In this document: positions 19,549 to 28,915 of the stretch, in pieces
How positions within the stretch are numbered: the stretch's first letter is position 1
How the letters are laid out: every line of letters starts with the position of its first letter
From: an uncultured Clostridia bacterium
GTDB taxonomy: Bacteria > Bacillota > Clostridia > TANB77 > CAG-508
Reading direction: 5' to 3'
DNA: 64,000 bases
Assembly (NCBI GenBank): GCA_944390345.1
Contig: CALXPP010000003.1
Span: 16,346 to 80,345, forward strand
Made by a program: the position numbers and the translations under genes
Notes under the pieces: generated by a model
Seen by the model: only the letters and a program-made list of their open reading frames with translations
What the model was told of the DNA's origin: nothing
Databases searched by the model: none

Positions 19549-21871
19549 ATGTTATGTTCAGTATGTAATAAAAACACTGCTGTTATATTTATTAATAAAA
19601 CTGAAAATGGAAAAAATACTGTAGACGGTCTTTGCTATAACTGTGCAAAGAAAAAAGGAATAAATCCTTTAGATGTCCTTACAAAAAATTCAAATCTTTC
19701 TCCAGAAGAATTTGAAGATATGTCTAATCAATTTGAAAGTCTACTAAAAGATTTTTCAGAAAATATGAATTTAGAAGAATTGGGTATAGATCCTTCTACT
19801 GTGGAAAATGAAAACTCTCGGAAATCCATTAAGTGGAATACTAGGCTTTTTTAAGGCACCAATGAATTCTCAATCAGATAAAAATTCAGAAACAGAGCCT
19901 TCAAATAATTCTTCTAAAAAAACTGTAAAAGTAGAAAAAAAGCAGAAAAATAATAAAAAGAGATTTTTAGATACTTTTGGTACAAATTTAACAGAAAAAG
20001 CTAAAAATGGTTTACTAGATGAAGTTATAGGAAGAGACCAAGAAATTCAAAGAGTAACTCAAATTCTAAATCGTCGTTCTAAAAACAATCCTTGTTTAAT
20101 TGGTGAACCAGGTGTTGGAAAAACAGCCATAGCTCAAGGCTTAGCAATTAAAATTGCTCAAAAGAAAGTCCCAGCAAAATTATTAAATAAAGAAGTTTAT
20201 CTAATTGATATGACTGCTATAATAGCTGGAACTCAATTTAGAGGTCAATTTGAAGGAAGAATGAAAAGCTTAGTAGATGAATGTAAAACTTATGGAAATA
20301 TAATTCTTGTAATAGATGAAATACACAATATAATTGGTGCTGGTGATGCTGAGCACTCAATGAATGCAGCAAATATATTAAAACCTTCTCTTTCAAATGG
20401 AGATATACAAATAATCGGAACTACAACTTTAAAAGAATATAGAAAATATATTGAAAAAGATTCTGCTTTAGAAAGAAGATTTCAACCTGTATTAGTTGAA
20501 GAACCATCTATTCAAGATACTATAGGTATTTTACAAGGAATTAAAAAATATTACGAAGAATACCATAAAGTTTTAATTTCTAATGATGTTATAGAAAAAA
20601 CTGTTAAAATGTCTGAAAAATATATACATGATAGATTTTTACCAGATAAAGCTATAGATTTAATAGATGAAGCTTGCTCTAAAATAAATCTAAATAATCA
20701 TGAATTATATGAACTTGAACTTATAAAAAATGAGCTTGCTAAAATTGCAGAAGAAAAAGAAGAAGCCGTTTCTTCTGATTCTATTGAAGATTATCAAAAA
20801 GCCGCAGATTTAAAGACTAAAGAATGTACTCTTCAAGAAAGAATGCAAGAAATAGAAAGTAAATTAAAGCCTTCTGTTTTAACTGTGCAAGACATTGCAG
20901 AAGTAATTGAAAAATGGACTAAAATTCCTGTAACTAAAATTACAGAAGCAGAAACTCAAAAATTATTAAATTTAGAAAAGAATCTTCATAAACATATAAT
21001 TGGTCAAAATGCTGCTGTTGAAGCTGTTTCTAAAGCAATTAGAAGAAATAGAGCAGGTCTTCAAAGTACTAAAAGACCACCTTCATTTATATTTGTTGGT
21101 CCTACTGGAGTTGGTAAAACAGAGCTTGCGAAAGCTTTAGCTTATGAAATGTTTGGCTCAGAAGACTCTATTATTCGTATAGATATGTCTGAATATATGG
21201 AGAGTCATTCAACAGCAAAATTAATTGGTGCTCCTCCAGGATATGTTGGATATGATGATGCTGGTCAACTTACAGAAAAAGTAAAAAGAAAACCATATTC
21301 AATTATTTTATTAGATGAAATTGAAAAAGCTCATCCAGATGTATTTAATATTCTTCTTCAAGTATTAGATGATGGAAAACTTACAGATGCACAGGGAAAC
21401 ACTATTAATTTTGAAAATACTATTTTAATAATGACTTCAAATGCAGGCTCAAATCTAAATAATAACACTATAGGTTTTAGCAGAAATGAGTCAATCATTA
21501 ATAAAGACAAAATTGTAGCAGCTTTAAAGGATTTATTTAGACCAGAATTTTTAAATAGAGTTGACGAAATAATTCCTTTTGACTCTTTAACAGAAAATGA
21601 ATTATTACAAATTGTAGATTTATTATTAGATAAAACACGAGAAGCTCTAGATAATAAAGATTTAAAACTAGAAGTTTCAGCTGATGCAAAACAATATCTA
21701 CTAAAGCATGGTACTGATTTAAAATATGGTGCTAGACCGCTTAGAAGAGCTATTCAAAGATATATTGAAGATGAAATTGCAGAAAAAGTATTAAAAGAAG
21801 AATTTATATCTGGTCAAACTATCTTTGTAGATTTAAACAATGATAAACTAGTTTTTAGCAGTAAAGATTAG
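19549..21871 (+). CDS. ClpC/ClpA-like double AAA+ ATPase with N-terminal zinc ribbon; the two ORFs join by a +1 shift at CGG
   Basis: The N-terminal ORF begins MLCSVCNK...LCYNCAKKKGINP (CxxC..CxxC). The second ORF has two Walker A motifs (GEPGVGKT, GPTGVGKT) and Clp signatures. There is no SD before the internal ATG at 19808. The joined product is 773 aa. Confidence 0.8.
19819..19821 (+). other. in-frame CGG codon at a +1 frame junction (clp ATPase)
   Basis: Context aac tct CGG aaa. Skipping C19819 reads GGA AAT CCA, which is codon 5 onward of ORF 19808..21871. Confidence 0.65.
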
Positions 21872-21908
21872 TAATATTAATCAAGTAACATAATAAAAAA
21901 ATATTAAA

Positions 21909-21942
21909 GATGCTGAAATTTAAAATCTCAGCATCTTTTTTT
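21909..21942 (+). terminator. intrinsic terminator after the clp ATPase
   Basis: Stem GATGCTGA / TCAGCATC followed by T7. Confidence 0.8.
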
Positions 21943-21944
21943 AG

Positions 21945-22571
21945 TTACTCAAAATCTTCTAATACAGAATTTAGCTTTCCTTCTCCAAACACATAAATCC
22001 CTTCTTCTAATTTTTTTATATCTTCTTCTGGCAAATATTCTCTAGAAATATCTGTTGTCTCATATACTACTAAGTTTCCATCTGGTTCTAAATGAAAAAC
22101 TTGTACATATTTTTCTCCTAATTTAATAATAAAATGTTCATCACATAATGAATTTATTTCTTTAGTTAAAATTATTTTTGAAGGAGAAAATTCTTCTATT
22201 TCCCAGTCTTTGTAATAAGCTTCTAGCTCTTCTTCTGTTAAATTCACTAATTCTTGTGGTAATTCTGCATATTCAAATTTAAAATGTCCACACTCATTAT
22301 ATACCTTTTTCATTGCAAACTCTGCTGTTGGTAAAATTTTTTCTTCTATTGCCGAAGCTTGTAAAACTTCGTTACTTATTAAATTTTCTTCATCTCTATC
22401 CTTTGCTTCTACTATATTTTTATTGCTTTCATTTAAAAAATGTAACTCATCACCTACTACCTTTAAATTAGCATCACTGAGCTTTTGATTTACCCATAAT
22501 TTAGAAAACACAAAACCTACACCTATAGAAAAAATAAAAATTAAAATACCATAAAAAACTATTTTCTTCAT
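21945..22571 (-). CDS. membrane-anchored protein, BofC C-terminal-domain-like
   Basis: The ATG at 22571 follows an AAAGGTGG SD; the GTG at 22583 lies inside that SD. It has an N-terminal TM segment. The C-terminal pattern (..KYVQVFHLEPDGNLVVYETTDI..LPEEDIKKLEEGIYV) resembles BofC_C (from memory). Confidence 0.45.
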   Translation of the reverse strand: MKKIVFYGILIFIFSIGVGFVFSKLWVNQKLSDANLKVVGDELHFLNESNKNIVEAKDRDEENLISNEVLQASAIEEKILPTAEFAMKKVYNECGHFKFEYAELPQELVNLTEEELEAYYKDWEIEEFSPSKIILTKEINSLCDEHFIIKLGEKYVQVFHLEPDGNLVVYETTDISREYLPEEDIKKLEEGIYVFGEGKLNSVLEDFE

Positions 22572-22660
22572 AAAATTTACCACCTTTAATTTTATTATTC
22601 TTATTCTTTCCTTTTTTATGCAAATTATTTATTAAACCCCAGTTATTTAAACTATAATCT

Positions 22661-22689
22661 TTGACAATTTACATAAAAAGTTGTATAAT
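22661..22689 (+). promoter_or_regulatory. consensus sigma-A promoter TTGACA-17 nt-TATAAT (module A)
   Basis: TTGACA at 22661-22666 and TATAAT at 22684-22689, with an exact 17-nt spacer. Confidence 0.8.
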
Positions 22690-22728
22690 TATATTATTGT
22701 TAAAATTATAAAGATGGAGATATATTAT

Positions 22729-23334
22729 ATGAATTCAAAAAAAAGATTACATTTACAAGCGACAAGAGTTGATACTTTTCATTTTACTAGAGATGATCTT
22801 CATAAACTTTACAAAGATTTTATGTATAGTGCAGAAGAAGAATCTTTATTATTAGTAGATGATGATTTCTGCTATTTAGATAGAGAAGGTGAAAGAAAAA
22901 TAATTAGTAAAAAGACTTTTGATGCACATTTTTCTGCTACAACTGAAGATGTTTTTGATAGACTTCTTTTTAGTTTAAAAGATCCTTATGCCAAAGACAG
23001 AATGTCTATTGATGCAATATTTGTTTACTTAAATATTTTTAGCCACCCTATTTTTAATAATTGTTGCATAGAAAAATATATGAAAAATTTTACAGAACAA
23101 TTAGATGATTATTTAAAAAATGATCCTAATGCAGATGATACAAGAATACATCTTGCAACTTATATATCAGCCTATGGAGATGTTAGAAAAGATATTTCTC
23201 CTATAAAAGAGGCTACAGAATATTTATTAAAAAATAAATTTATTTCTGCAAAATCAATTGGTGGGTCTGATTATTTTAAGCATTATCTTTTAAAAGATTT
23301 ATTTACCTTATCTAATGCACGGAATTATAGATAA
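22729..23334 (+). CDS. hypothetical 201-aa protein; probably the N-terminal part of a ~811-aa fusion with the next ORF via a +1 shift at CGG
   Basis: The ATG at 22729 is 8 nt after a GGAGA SD. The track start at 22681 lies inside the -10 box. The zero frame ends 4 codons after CGG 23320. Confidence 0.6.
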   Translation: MNSKKRLHLQATRVDTFHFTRDDLHKLYKDFMYSAEEESLLLVDDDFCYLDREGERKIISKKTFDAHFSATTEDVFDRLLFSLKDPYAKDRMSIDAIFVYLNIFSHPIFNNCCIEKYMKNFTEQLDDYLKNDPNADDTRIHLATYISAYGDVRKDISPIKEATEYLLKNKFISAKSIGGSDYFKHYLLKDLFTLSNARNYR

Positions 23335-25165
23335 ATCTGAAATTTTTGGCTTAATTGGCTCAGATAATTACCAAGAAGAAGTTATTATGGCAAAACTTAA
23401 TCTGCAAACAGCTAAAAATAAACACCACAAAGATTTTAAAGAAAAAGCATTTTTTAATAAAGTGCTTACTCTACCCAATGCTTTTCCGACTCTATGTCAA
23501 ATGCATCAAAATAATTATATTGATAATAATGATTTGAAAGCTAGTAAACCTAATGCAAAACATATTCTTGCATTACCAGAAGATACCTTAGTTTATATAC
23601 TAAATACTGGTATCTTTTCGGATATAAAAATTTCTTCTTATGATTTAGTAAAACAATATGGAAAAAATTTATCTGGTGATAAATGTATTCTTCTTGCAAA
23701 AAAAGGTTTTATTAATCCAGAAGATTTGATTAATACTATAAATATGGAAAGTGTTTCCAAAACTTCCCCAGAGCTTGCAATTGATCCTATAGCATTAATT
23801 AATTTTTATGAACCAGAAGTTTTGTTAGATATGTACAAAAAAGATAAATCTGAAGGAAAATATGGAAAAAGATTATCTAAAAATTTCATAAATACTTTTA
23901 ATCAAAAGCTTCTTTCTAGACTTCCAGAAGAAGAGCAAAATAGTTTAACAAAAGAACTTATTAGAAAGACTCAGGAACTTGAAAAAGATAATTCTACAGA
24001 AATTTTATTTGATTTCTATAAGCTTGGTCTTTTACCAAATTCTTCTTTAAACCTATTTTTAGATGAAGATGAAATAGATAATTTATATATAAATGAAAAA
24101 GTTGATGATAAAGATTTATTAAATTTCTATAAAGCTGGTTTACTTTCTCAAACTTCTATATACGACTTTTTTAGCACAAGTGATATTATAGAGAATGTTG
24201 CAAATGGTACTTTTGAAGAAAAAGATTTACTTGCTATACCAGAAACTAAAAGAGTATCTGAATTATCTAAAGCTTATCTTTATGGAAAACTTCAAACAGG
24301 AAATATCTTACATATGTTTTTAGAGCACAATGTTTTTTCTATAGAAGAATTAAATAAGCTTTTTGAAGAAAAGAAACCTGAAGAAGACTTAAGTACATTT
24401 GTAACTAAGGATAGTAACCCAGAAAAAATTAAAGAATTATTTTTAAATTATCATATTTCTTATGAGGATTTAACTACTCTTAGAAATAATGGCTTACTAA
24501 GTAATGAGGATTTTGAAAATTTCTCAAACGCTATTGACAAAAATAAGTTTTATGAAGATTTAAAACATAGTAATTTAATTTTACATTCTCTAAGTGGCAA
24601 TGTACAAACTCTTCCAACAGGAAGATATTACTCTGGTGAACCAAAAACTTCTAGTAAAATAAAAACTGATTTTGATTTAGAAAAAGAAGCTCTACAAATG
24701 CTACTAGATGCTCCAGACTTTAATAAAGAGAAAGATAGTATTCCAATAATTACTAGTCTAGATGAAAACGGAAAACCAACTTCACTAGATGGATACGCTT
24801 GTATTCCTATTTATAAATATGGATTAGTAATCTTCGAAAAATTTGCTCGTTCAAATAGCTTATTTATAATGCCTTATCAACAAGCAGATTATTTCTTGCA
24901 TGGAAATATGAATCTTTTAGATAGCTCTTTTGATATAAATTCTAAAAATAAAAAGACTTTATCTCAAATGTCTAGTGTTATTGTTCGTCAACATACAAAG
25001 CATTTCCTAAAAAATGTTTTAGATGCTACAATAAAGCTAAATCCTGAAGCAAAAAAAGACTTAAAACCTAATGGAAAATATTCGCAAGATGCAATGTATT
25101 ATATAAATGAAATGGAAAATTTCTATATTAAGGCTTCAGCAACAGAAAAAACTAAAGAGGAGTAA
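23315..25165 (+). CDS. large repeat-containing protein of unknown function (paralog of 26136..27929)
   Basis: 616-aa ORF with no SD before ATG 23315 or ATG 23387. It has a recurrent G(L/F)(L/I)xxxD(L/F) motif. The C-terminus LDENGKPTSLDGYACIP..MPYQQADYFLHG matches the paralog. Confidence 0.7.
   Translation: MHGIIDKSEIFGLIGSDNYQEEVIMAKLNLQTAKNKHHKDFKEKAFFNKVLTLPNAFPTLCQMHQNNYIDNNDLKASKPNAKHILALPEDTLVYILNTGIFSDIKISSYDLVKQYGKNLSGDKCILLAKKGFINPEDLINTINMESVSKTSPELAIDPIALINFYEPEVLLDMYKKDKSEGKYGKRLSKNFINTFNQKLLSRLPEEEQNSLTKELIRKTQELEKDNSTEILFDFYKLGLLPNSSLNLFLDEDEIDNLYINEKVDDKDLLNFYKAGLLSQTSIYDFFSTSDIIENVANGTFEEKDLLAIPETKRVSELSKAYLYGKLQTGNILHMFLEHNVFSIEELNKLFEEKKPEEDLSTFVTKDSNPEKIKELFLNYHISYEDLTTLRNNGLLSNEDFENFSNAIDKNKFYEDLKHSNLILHSLSGNVQTLPTGRYYSGEPKTSSKIKTDFDLEKEALQMLLDAPDFNKEKDSIPIITSLDENGKPTSLDGYACIPIYKYGLVIFEKFARSNSLFIMPYQQADYFLHGNMNLLDSSFDINSKNKKTLSQMSSVIVRQHTKHFLKNVLDATIKLNPEAKKDLKPNGKYSQDAMYYINEMENFYIKASATEKTKEE
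23320..23322 (+). other. in-frame CGG codon at a +1 frame junction (201-aa / 616-aa ORFs)
   Basis: Context aat gca CGG aat tat aga taa. Skipping C23320 reads GGA ATT ATA GAT, which is codon 3 onward of ORF 23315..25165. The +1 frame is open from 23294. Confidence 0.55.
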
Positions 25166-25169
25166 AAAA

Positions 25170-26066
25170 ATGGAAAAAAATAATATTTTTAATTTACCAG
25201 CTAATACCGATTATCTATTTAACAAAGAAAAAGTTAATAGTATTTTAGAAAAATTTATAGATTCTTTAAAAGAGCAAGTACCTGCCATAGAGCAAGTACT
25301 TGCTAAAGATATTATAAATGGTGATATAAAAATAAAAGCAAAGGAATTATCTTCTTTTTTAAAAAAAGATAATTCTCCTTTGCTTATAAATTTTTCTAAA
25401 ACTTCCATAAAAGATGGTTTAGGAAGTATTTGTGCAAAATATAATGGAAATCCATTTATAACTATAAAATTAATAATTCTTGCTATTCGTACTCATAATC
25501 AAATCTATTTATTAACAAATAATTATATGAATACTAATGAGTTTTTAGTTTCTATCTTAGATAAACTTTTAGTAGAAACTGGTTATTGTAAAAAGATACT
25601 TAAGGTTATCTCTCTTTCAGATTTCGAATTCTTTAAATATCAAAAAGAATTTGATGCATTAGTTTTAGTAGGCTCTAAAAATGAATATCTATCTTTATTG
25701 CCACAAATTAAAATACCTTTAATTTTTCAAAATTATGGTTCTTTATATATATGTGTCGATAGTAATTTAAATACTAAATTAAAAGACATTTTACTAGATA
25801 TTGACCATTTTGCTTTTGAAAATGATATTGAGCTTAATTACATAGATATAGAAAATAATATAGATATATTAACTCAAAATCTAAATTACTTTGGCAGAGA
25901 TCAAGTTATAGCTATTTTTACTACCAATACCAATACAGCTTATAATTTTTTAAATAATCTAAAATGTAGAAAAATCTTTATTAATTCAAATCCTTTTAAA
26001 GAAGATTTATTAGAATTTAAAGAAGAAAATTTTATATTTGAAAAAGAAATCTATTTCAAAAACTAG
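25170..26066 (+). CDS. ~298-aa degenerate ALDH-fold / gamma-glutamyl-phosphate-reductase (ProA)-like protein
   Basis: The ATG at 25170 follows an AGAGGAG SD. IKDGLGSICAKYNGNPFITIKLIILAIRTHNQ and the C-terminus VIAIFTTNTNTAYNFLNNLKCRKIFINSNPF resemble ProA segments, but the protein is ~120 aa shorter and I see no catalytic-Cys motif. Confidence 0.4.
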   Translation: MEKNNIFNLPANTDYLFNKEKVNSILEKFIDSLKEQVPAIEQVLAKDIINGDIKIKAKELSSFLKKDNSPLLINFSKTSIKDGLGSICAKYNGNPFITIKLIILAIRTHNQIYLLTNNYMNTNEFLVSILDKLLVETGYCKKILKVISLSDFEFFKYQKEFDALVLVGSKNEYLSLLPQIKIPLIFQNYGSLYICVDSNLNTKLKDILLDIDHFAFENDIELNYIDIENNIDILTQNLNYFGRDQVIAIFTTNTNTAYNFLNNLKCRKIFINSNPFKEDLLEFKEENFIFEKEIYFKN

Positions 26067-26068
26067 CT

Positions 26069-26097
26069 TTGACTTTTTGGTAATATTAATATATAAT
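26069..26097 (+). promoter_or_regulatory. near-consensus sigma-A promoter TTGACT-17 nt-TATAAT (module B)
   Basis: TTGACT at 26069-26074 and TATAAT at 26092-26097. Confidence 0.75.
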
Positions 26098-26135
26098 GTT
26101 ACTGTTCTTATATTAAATATAAAGGAATTAAAATT

Positions 26136-27929
26136 ATGAAAAATGATATTGATAAATTAGATACAAATTTAGAAAAAGAAGAACAAATTGTAAGTTTATA
26201 TGTTTCTGGAAAATTAAAGCTTAGTGAACTTGAGAAAAAAACTCTTAATCCAGATAATATTTTAAGATTACGAGAATCTCTTATTCTTAAATTCTTTGAA
26301 AAAGGTTTACCAAAAAATTTAAAATATTCTGAAGATACTTTACTTTATGCTTATGGTAGAACTTTATCTGCAAATGCAATATTAAAATTAACAGCTCTTG
26401 GATATATTTCGCAGAATAAAGCAATTCTAATTTCTAATAAACATAGTCTACCTATTACAGCACCCGATTTAGCTGCAAAACCTGTTGATATACTTGATTT
26501 TTATTCTGCAGAAGTTTTAAATTCTATGGCTGAGAAAAAACAAATAGATAATGAATTTGTTAGAAATTTTAATAGTAACATAGCTTCTGTATCAGAAGAA
26601 GAAAAAAATAGCTACTTTTCTTCTCTAGTATCAGATACAAAACAATTATCAGACAATGATGCTCTTAATTTTATTCCAGAAGATGAAGATTCAAGTATTG
26701 CTTCTAATAGTTCTATAGAAAAAGAACTTTCTGATAAGGAGCTTTCTTCTTCTTATGAAAATAATACAAAACCTAAAGATAATTTTAAAAAATTATTATT
26801 TTATTACTATGAACTTGGAATTTTACCAGCAAATTATACTGGTGGAATTGTAGATTTTGAATATATTCAAAAACGATATGAGAACCATAAAATTACCTAC
26901 AAAAATATTGTAGATTTATATATAAACAATGTAATAACCTCAAAACAATTTTTAAAGATATTAGAGAGTTCTGAAGTTGGCTTAGATGAGTTTTACTCTG
27001 GAAACATTGTTTCTAATGAAATTTTAAAAAACATTACAGCAGATAAAAAAGTTGAATCTTTTGTAGAAGCTCTAAAATCAGAAAACTTGTCTACTCAGAC
27101 TTTATTAGATTTATATTTATATGAAAAAGTATTAACAGTAGAAGATTTGCAACAAATCTTAATAGCAAATAAAACTACAGAAAACTTAGGTGTATATATT
27201 GGTAAAAATGTAGATAAGAAAAAAGTTGAAGAGCTTTACACTCATTTCCTAATAGATTACAATTGTTTAGTAAATTTCAAAAGAGAGCACTTTTTAAGTG
27301 AAGCTGATTTTGATGAAATAAAAGATAAAATCAATAGTGAAATTTTTTACGAAGATTTATCTAAAATAACCGATTTATATATACATACCACACCAGATAA
27401 TATATCTGCTTCTATTCATCATAGTATTTCTAATAATCGTGCTACTCAAACAGATTTAAAAAAAGAACAAGAGGCCTTACATAGTCTATTTGAAAGCCCT
27501 ACAGAAAGAGAAAAATTACCACTTATACATGCAACCGATTTAAATGGAAATAAAACTGCTTTAGATGGATATACTTGTGTACCAATGCAAAAATTTAATG
27601 TAGTAACTCTAAAAAAATTTGAAACAGATGCAGATACTTATGTAATGCCTTACCAACAAGCAGCTTTTTTCCTATATAATTCTTATAAGCCTGCTGAATT
27701 TACTTCTAGTGGTGGTTTTCAAGCAGAAATTCCTCTACCTTTAGAGGATTATAATGATCCAATGGCTATTTCTGTTGTAAGCTATTCTTTAGATTATAAA
27801 AGAGATTTATTAGAAACTATTCTTGAACTTAGTAATATAGAAAGAGCAAAATCAGAATTTTTTCTTAATGGAAAACCAAAAATAGAAAAATTTTTAAATA
27901 TAGATAAGGATATAGATAGAGAGCTTTAA
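26136..27929 (+). CDS. large repeat-containing protein of unknown function (paralog of 23315..25165)
   Basis: 597 aa, with an AAGGA SD. The C-terminus DLNGNKTALDGYTCVP..MPYQQAAFFLYN matches the paralog. Confidence 0.75.
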   Translation: MKNDIDKLDTNLEKEEQIVSLYVSGKLKLSELEKKTLNPDNILRLRESLILKFFEKGLPKNLKYSEDTLLYAYGRTLSANAILKLTALGYISQNKAILISNKHSLPITAPDLAAKPVDILDFYSAEVLNSMAEKKQIDNEFVRNFNSNIASVSEEEKNSYFSSLVSDTKQLSDNDALNFIPEDEDSSIASNSSIEKELSDKELSSSYENNTKPKDNFKKLLFYYYELGILPANYTGGIVDFEYIQKRYENHKITYKNIVDLYINNVITSKQFLKILESSEVGLDEFYSGNIVSNEILKNITADKKVESFVEALKSENLSTQTLLDLYLYEKVLTVEDLQQILIANKTTENLGVYIGKNVDKKKVEELYTHFLIDYNCLVNFKREHFLSEADFDEIKDKINSEIFYEDLSKITDLYIHTTPDNISASIHHSISNNRATQTDLKKEQEALHSLFESPTEREKLPLIHATDLNGNKTALDGYTCVPMQKFNVVTLKKFETDADTYVMPYQQAAFFLYNSYKPAEFTSSGGFQAEIPLPLEDYNDPMAISVVSYSLDYKRDLLETILELSNIERAKSEFFLNGKPKIEKFLNIDKDIDREL

Positions 27930-27953
27930 AATATTTGAAAGGAATATAAGAAA

Positions 27954-28853
27954 TTGAAAAAAATACCTAACCCTATTGCCAATTTAAAAAGTCATACAGA
28001 ATATAATTTTAAAGTAGCAAAAATAGAAAAAATTTTAGAAAAATTTTCAATACTAATTGAAAAAAATAAAAATAGTTTTGATAATGCTATAAAAAAAGAT
28101 GCTAAAACTAATAATCAAAAAATTGAGTTTGACAGAATTATAAATATTGTTAAAAACTATAAAAAAGATATGCCAATTTTACCATTTTTTACTTCAAAAA
28201 CAATAAAAGATGGTTTTGGAAATATTGCTGTAATGTATAATGGAGATCCTTATGTAACTCTAAAAATGCTTATATCTGCACTAAGAACTCATAATAATGT
28301 TGTGTTTTTTACAAATAATTTTAAAACTCTAAATGATTTGCTTATAGAAAGTATAAACATTGTTACTAAAGAATTAAACTATACAGAAAGAATTGCCGTT
28401 TTGCAAACTAATTTTTCTAAAAATGATATTATTAAAAAGCAAAATTGCTTTAATCTTTTGGTTTACATTGGTAGCAAAAGAGATTTTCAAGCTGTAAATA
28501 AACAATTAAATATTCCTTCTGTATTTAGAGGCTATGGCTTTATAGATATATTTATTGAAGATAAATCTTTTAAAGATACCCTTTTAGATATTGATGATTT
28601 TGCCTATGAAAATAATATAAAAGTAAATTATTTTCATGATACAGATATTTTGCAAACTATAGACTATATAAATAAATATAATCTAAATGATTGTTTTGCT
28701 GTTTTTACAAAAAACTCTGATTTAGCTTATAAATTTATTAATTCCATAAAAGCTAAAAATATTTTTATAAATACAAATCCTTTTATAAACTATGAATTTG
28801 ACTTAAATGAAAATCAATTAGTTTATACGAAAAATATTAGTATGAAAATATAA
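27954..28853 (+). CDS. ~299-aa degenerate ALDH-fold / ProA-like protein (paralog of 25170..26066)
   Basis: TTG start. IKDGFGNIAVMYNGDPYVTLKMLISALRTHNN and CFAVFTKNSDLAYKFINSIKAKNIFINTNPF match the paralog. Confidence 0.4.
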   Translation: MKKIPNPIANLKSHTEYNFKVAKIEKILEKFSILIEKNKNSFDNAIKKDAKTNNQKIEFDRIINIVKNYKKDMPILPFFTSKTIKDGFGNIAVMYNGDPYVTLKMLISALRTHNNVVFFTNNFKTLNDLLIESINIVTKELNYTERIAVLQTNFSKNDIIKKQNCFNLLVYIGSKRDFQAVNKQLNIPSVFRGYGFIDIFIEDKSFKDTLLDIDDFAYENNIKVNYFHDTDILQTIDYINKYNLNDCFAVFTKNSDLAYKFINSIKAKNIFINTNPFINYEFDLNENQLVYTKNISMKI

Positions 28854-28877
28854 GTTGTGTAACTTTATCTACAAAAA

Positions 28878-28910
28878 ATTGATGACTTGAGAAAGAGTCA
28901 TCAATTTTTT
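28878..28910. terminator. bidirectional intrinsic terminator (module B / comEC convergent)
   Basis: Stem ATTGATGACT / AGTCATCAAT flanked by A6 and T6 runs. Confidence 0.8.
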
Positions 28911-28915
28911 ATATT

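Noticed and set aside
22681-22728. The TTG at 22681 (and the ATG at 22714) might be the start of the 217-aa ORF.
   Set aside because: Position 22681 lies inside the TTGACA-17-TATAAT promoter (the -10 box is at 22684-22689). The ATG at 22729 has a properly spaced GGAGA SD.
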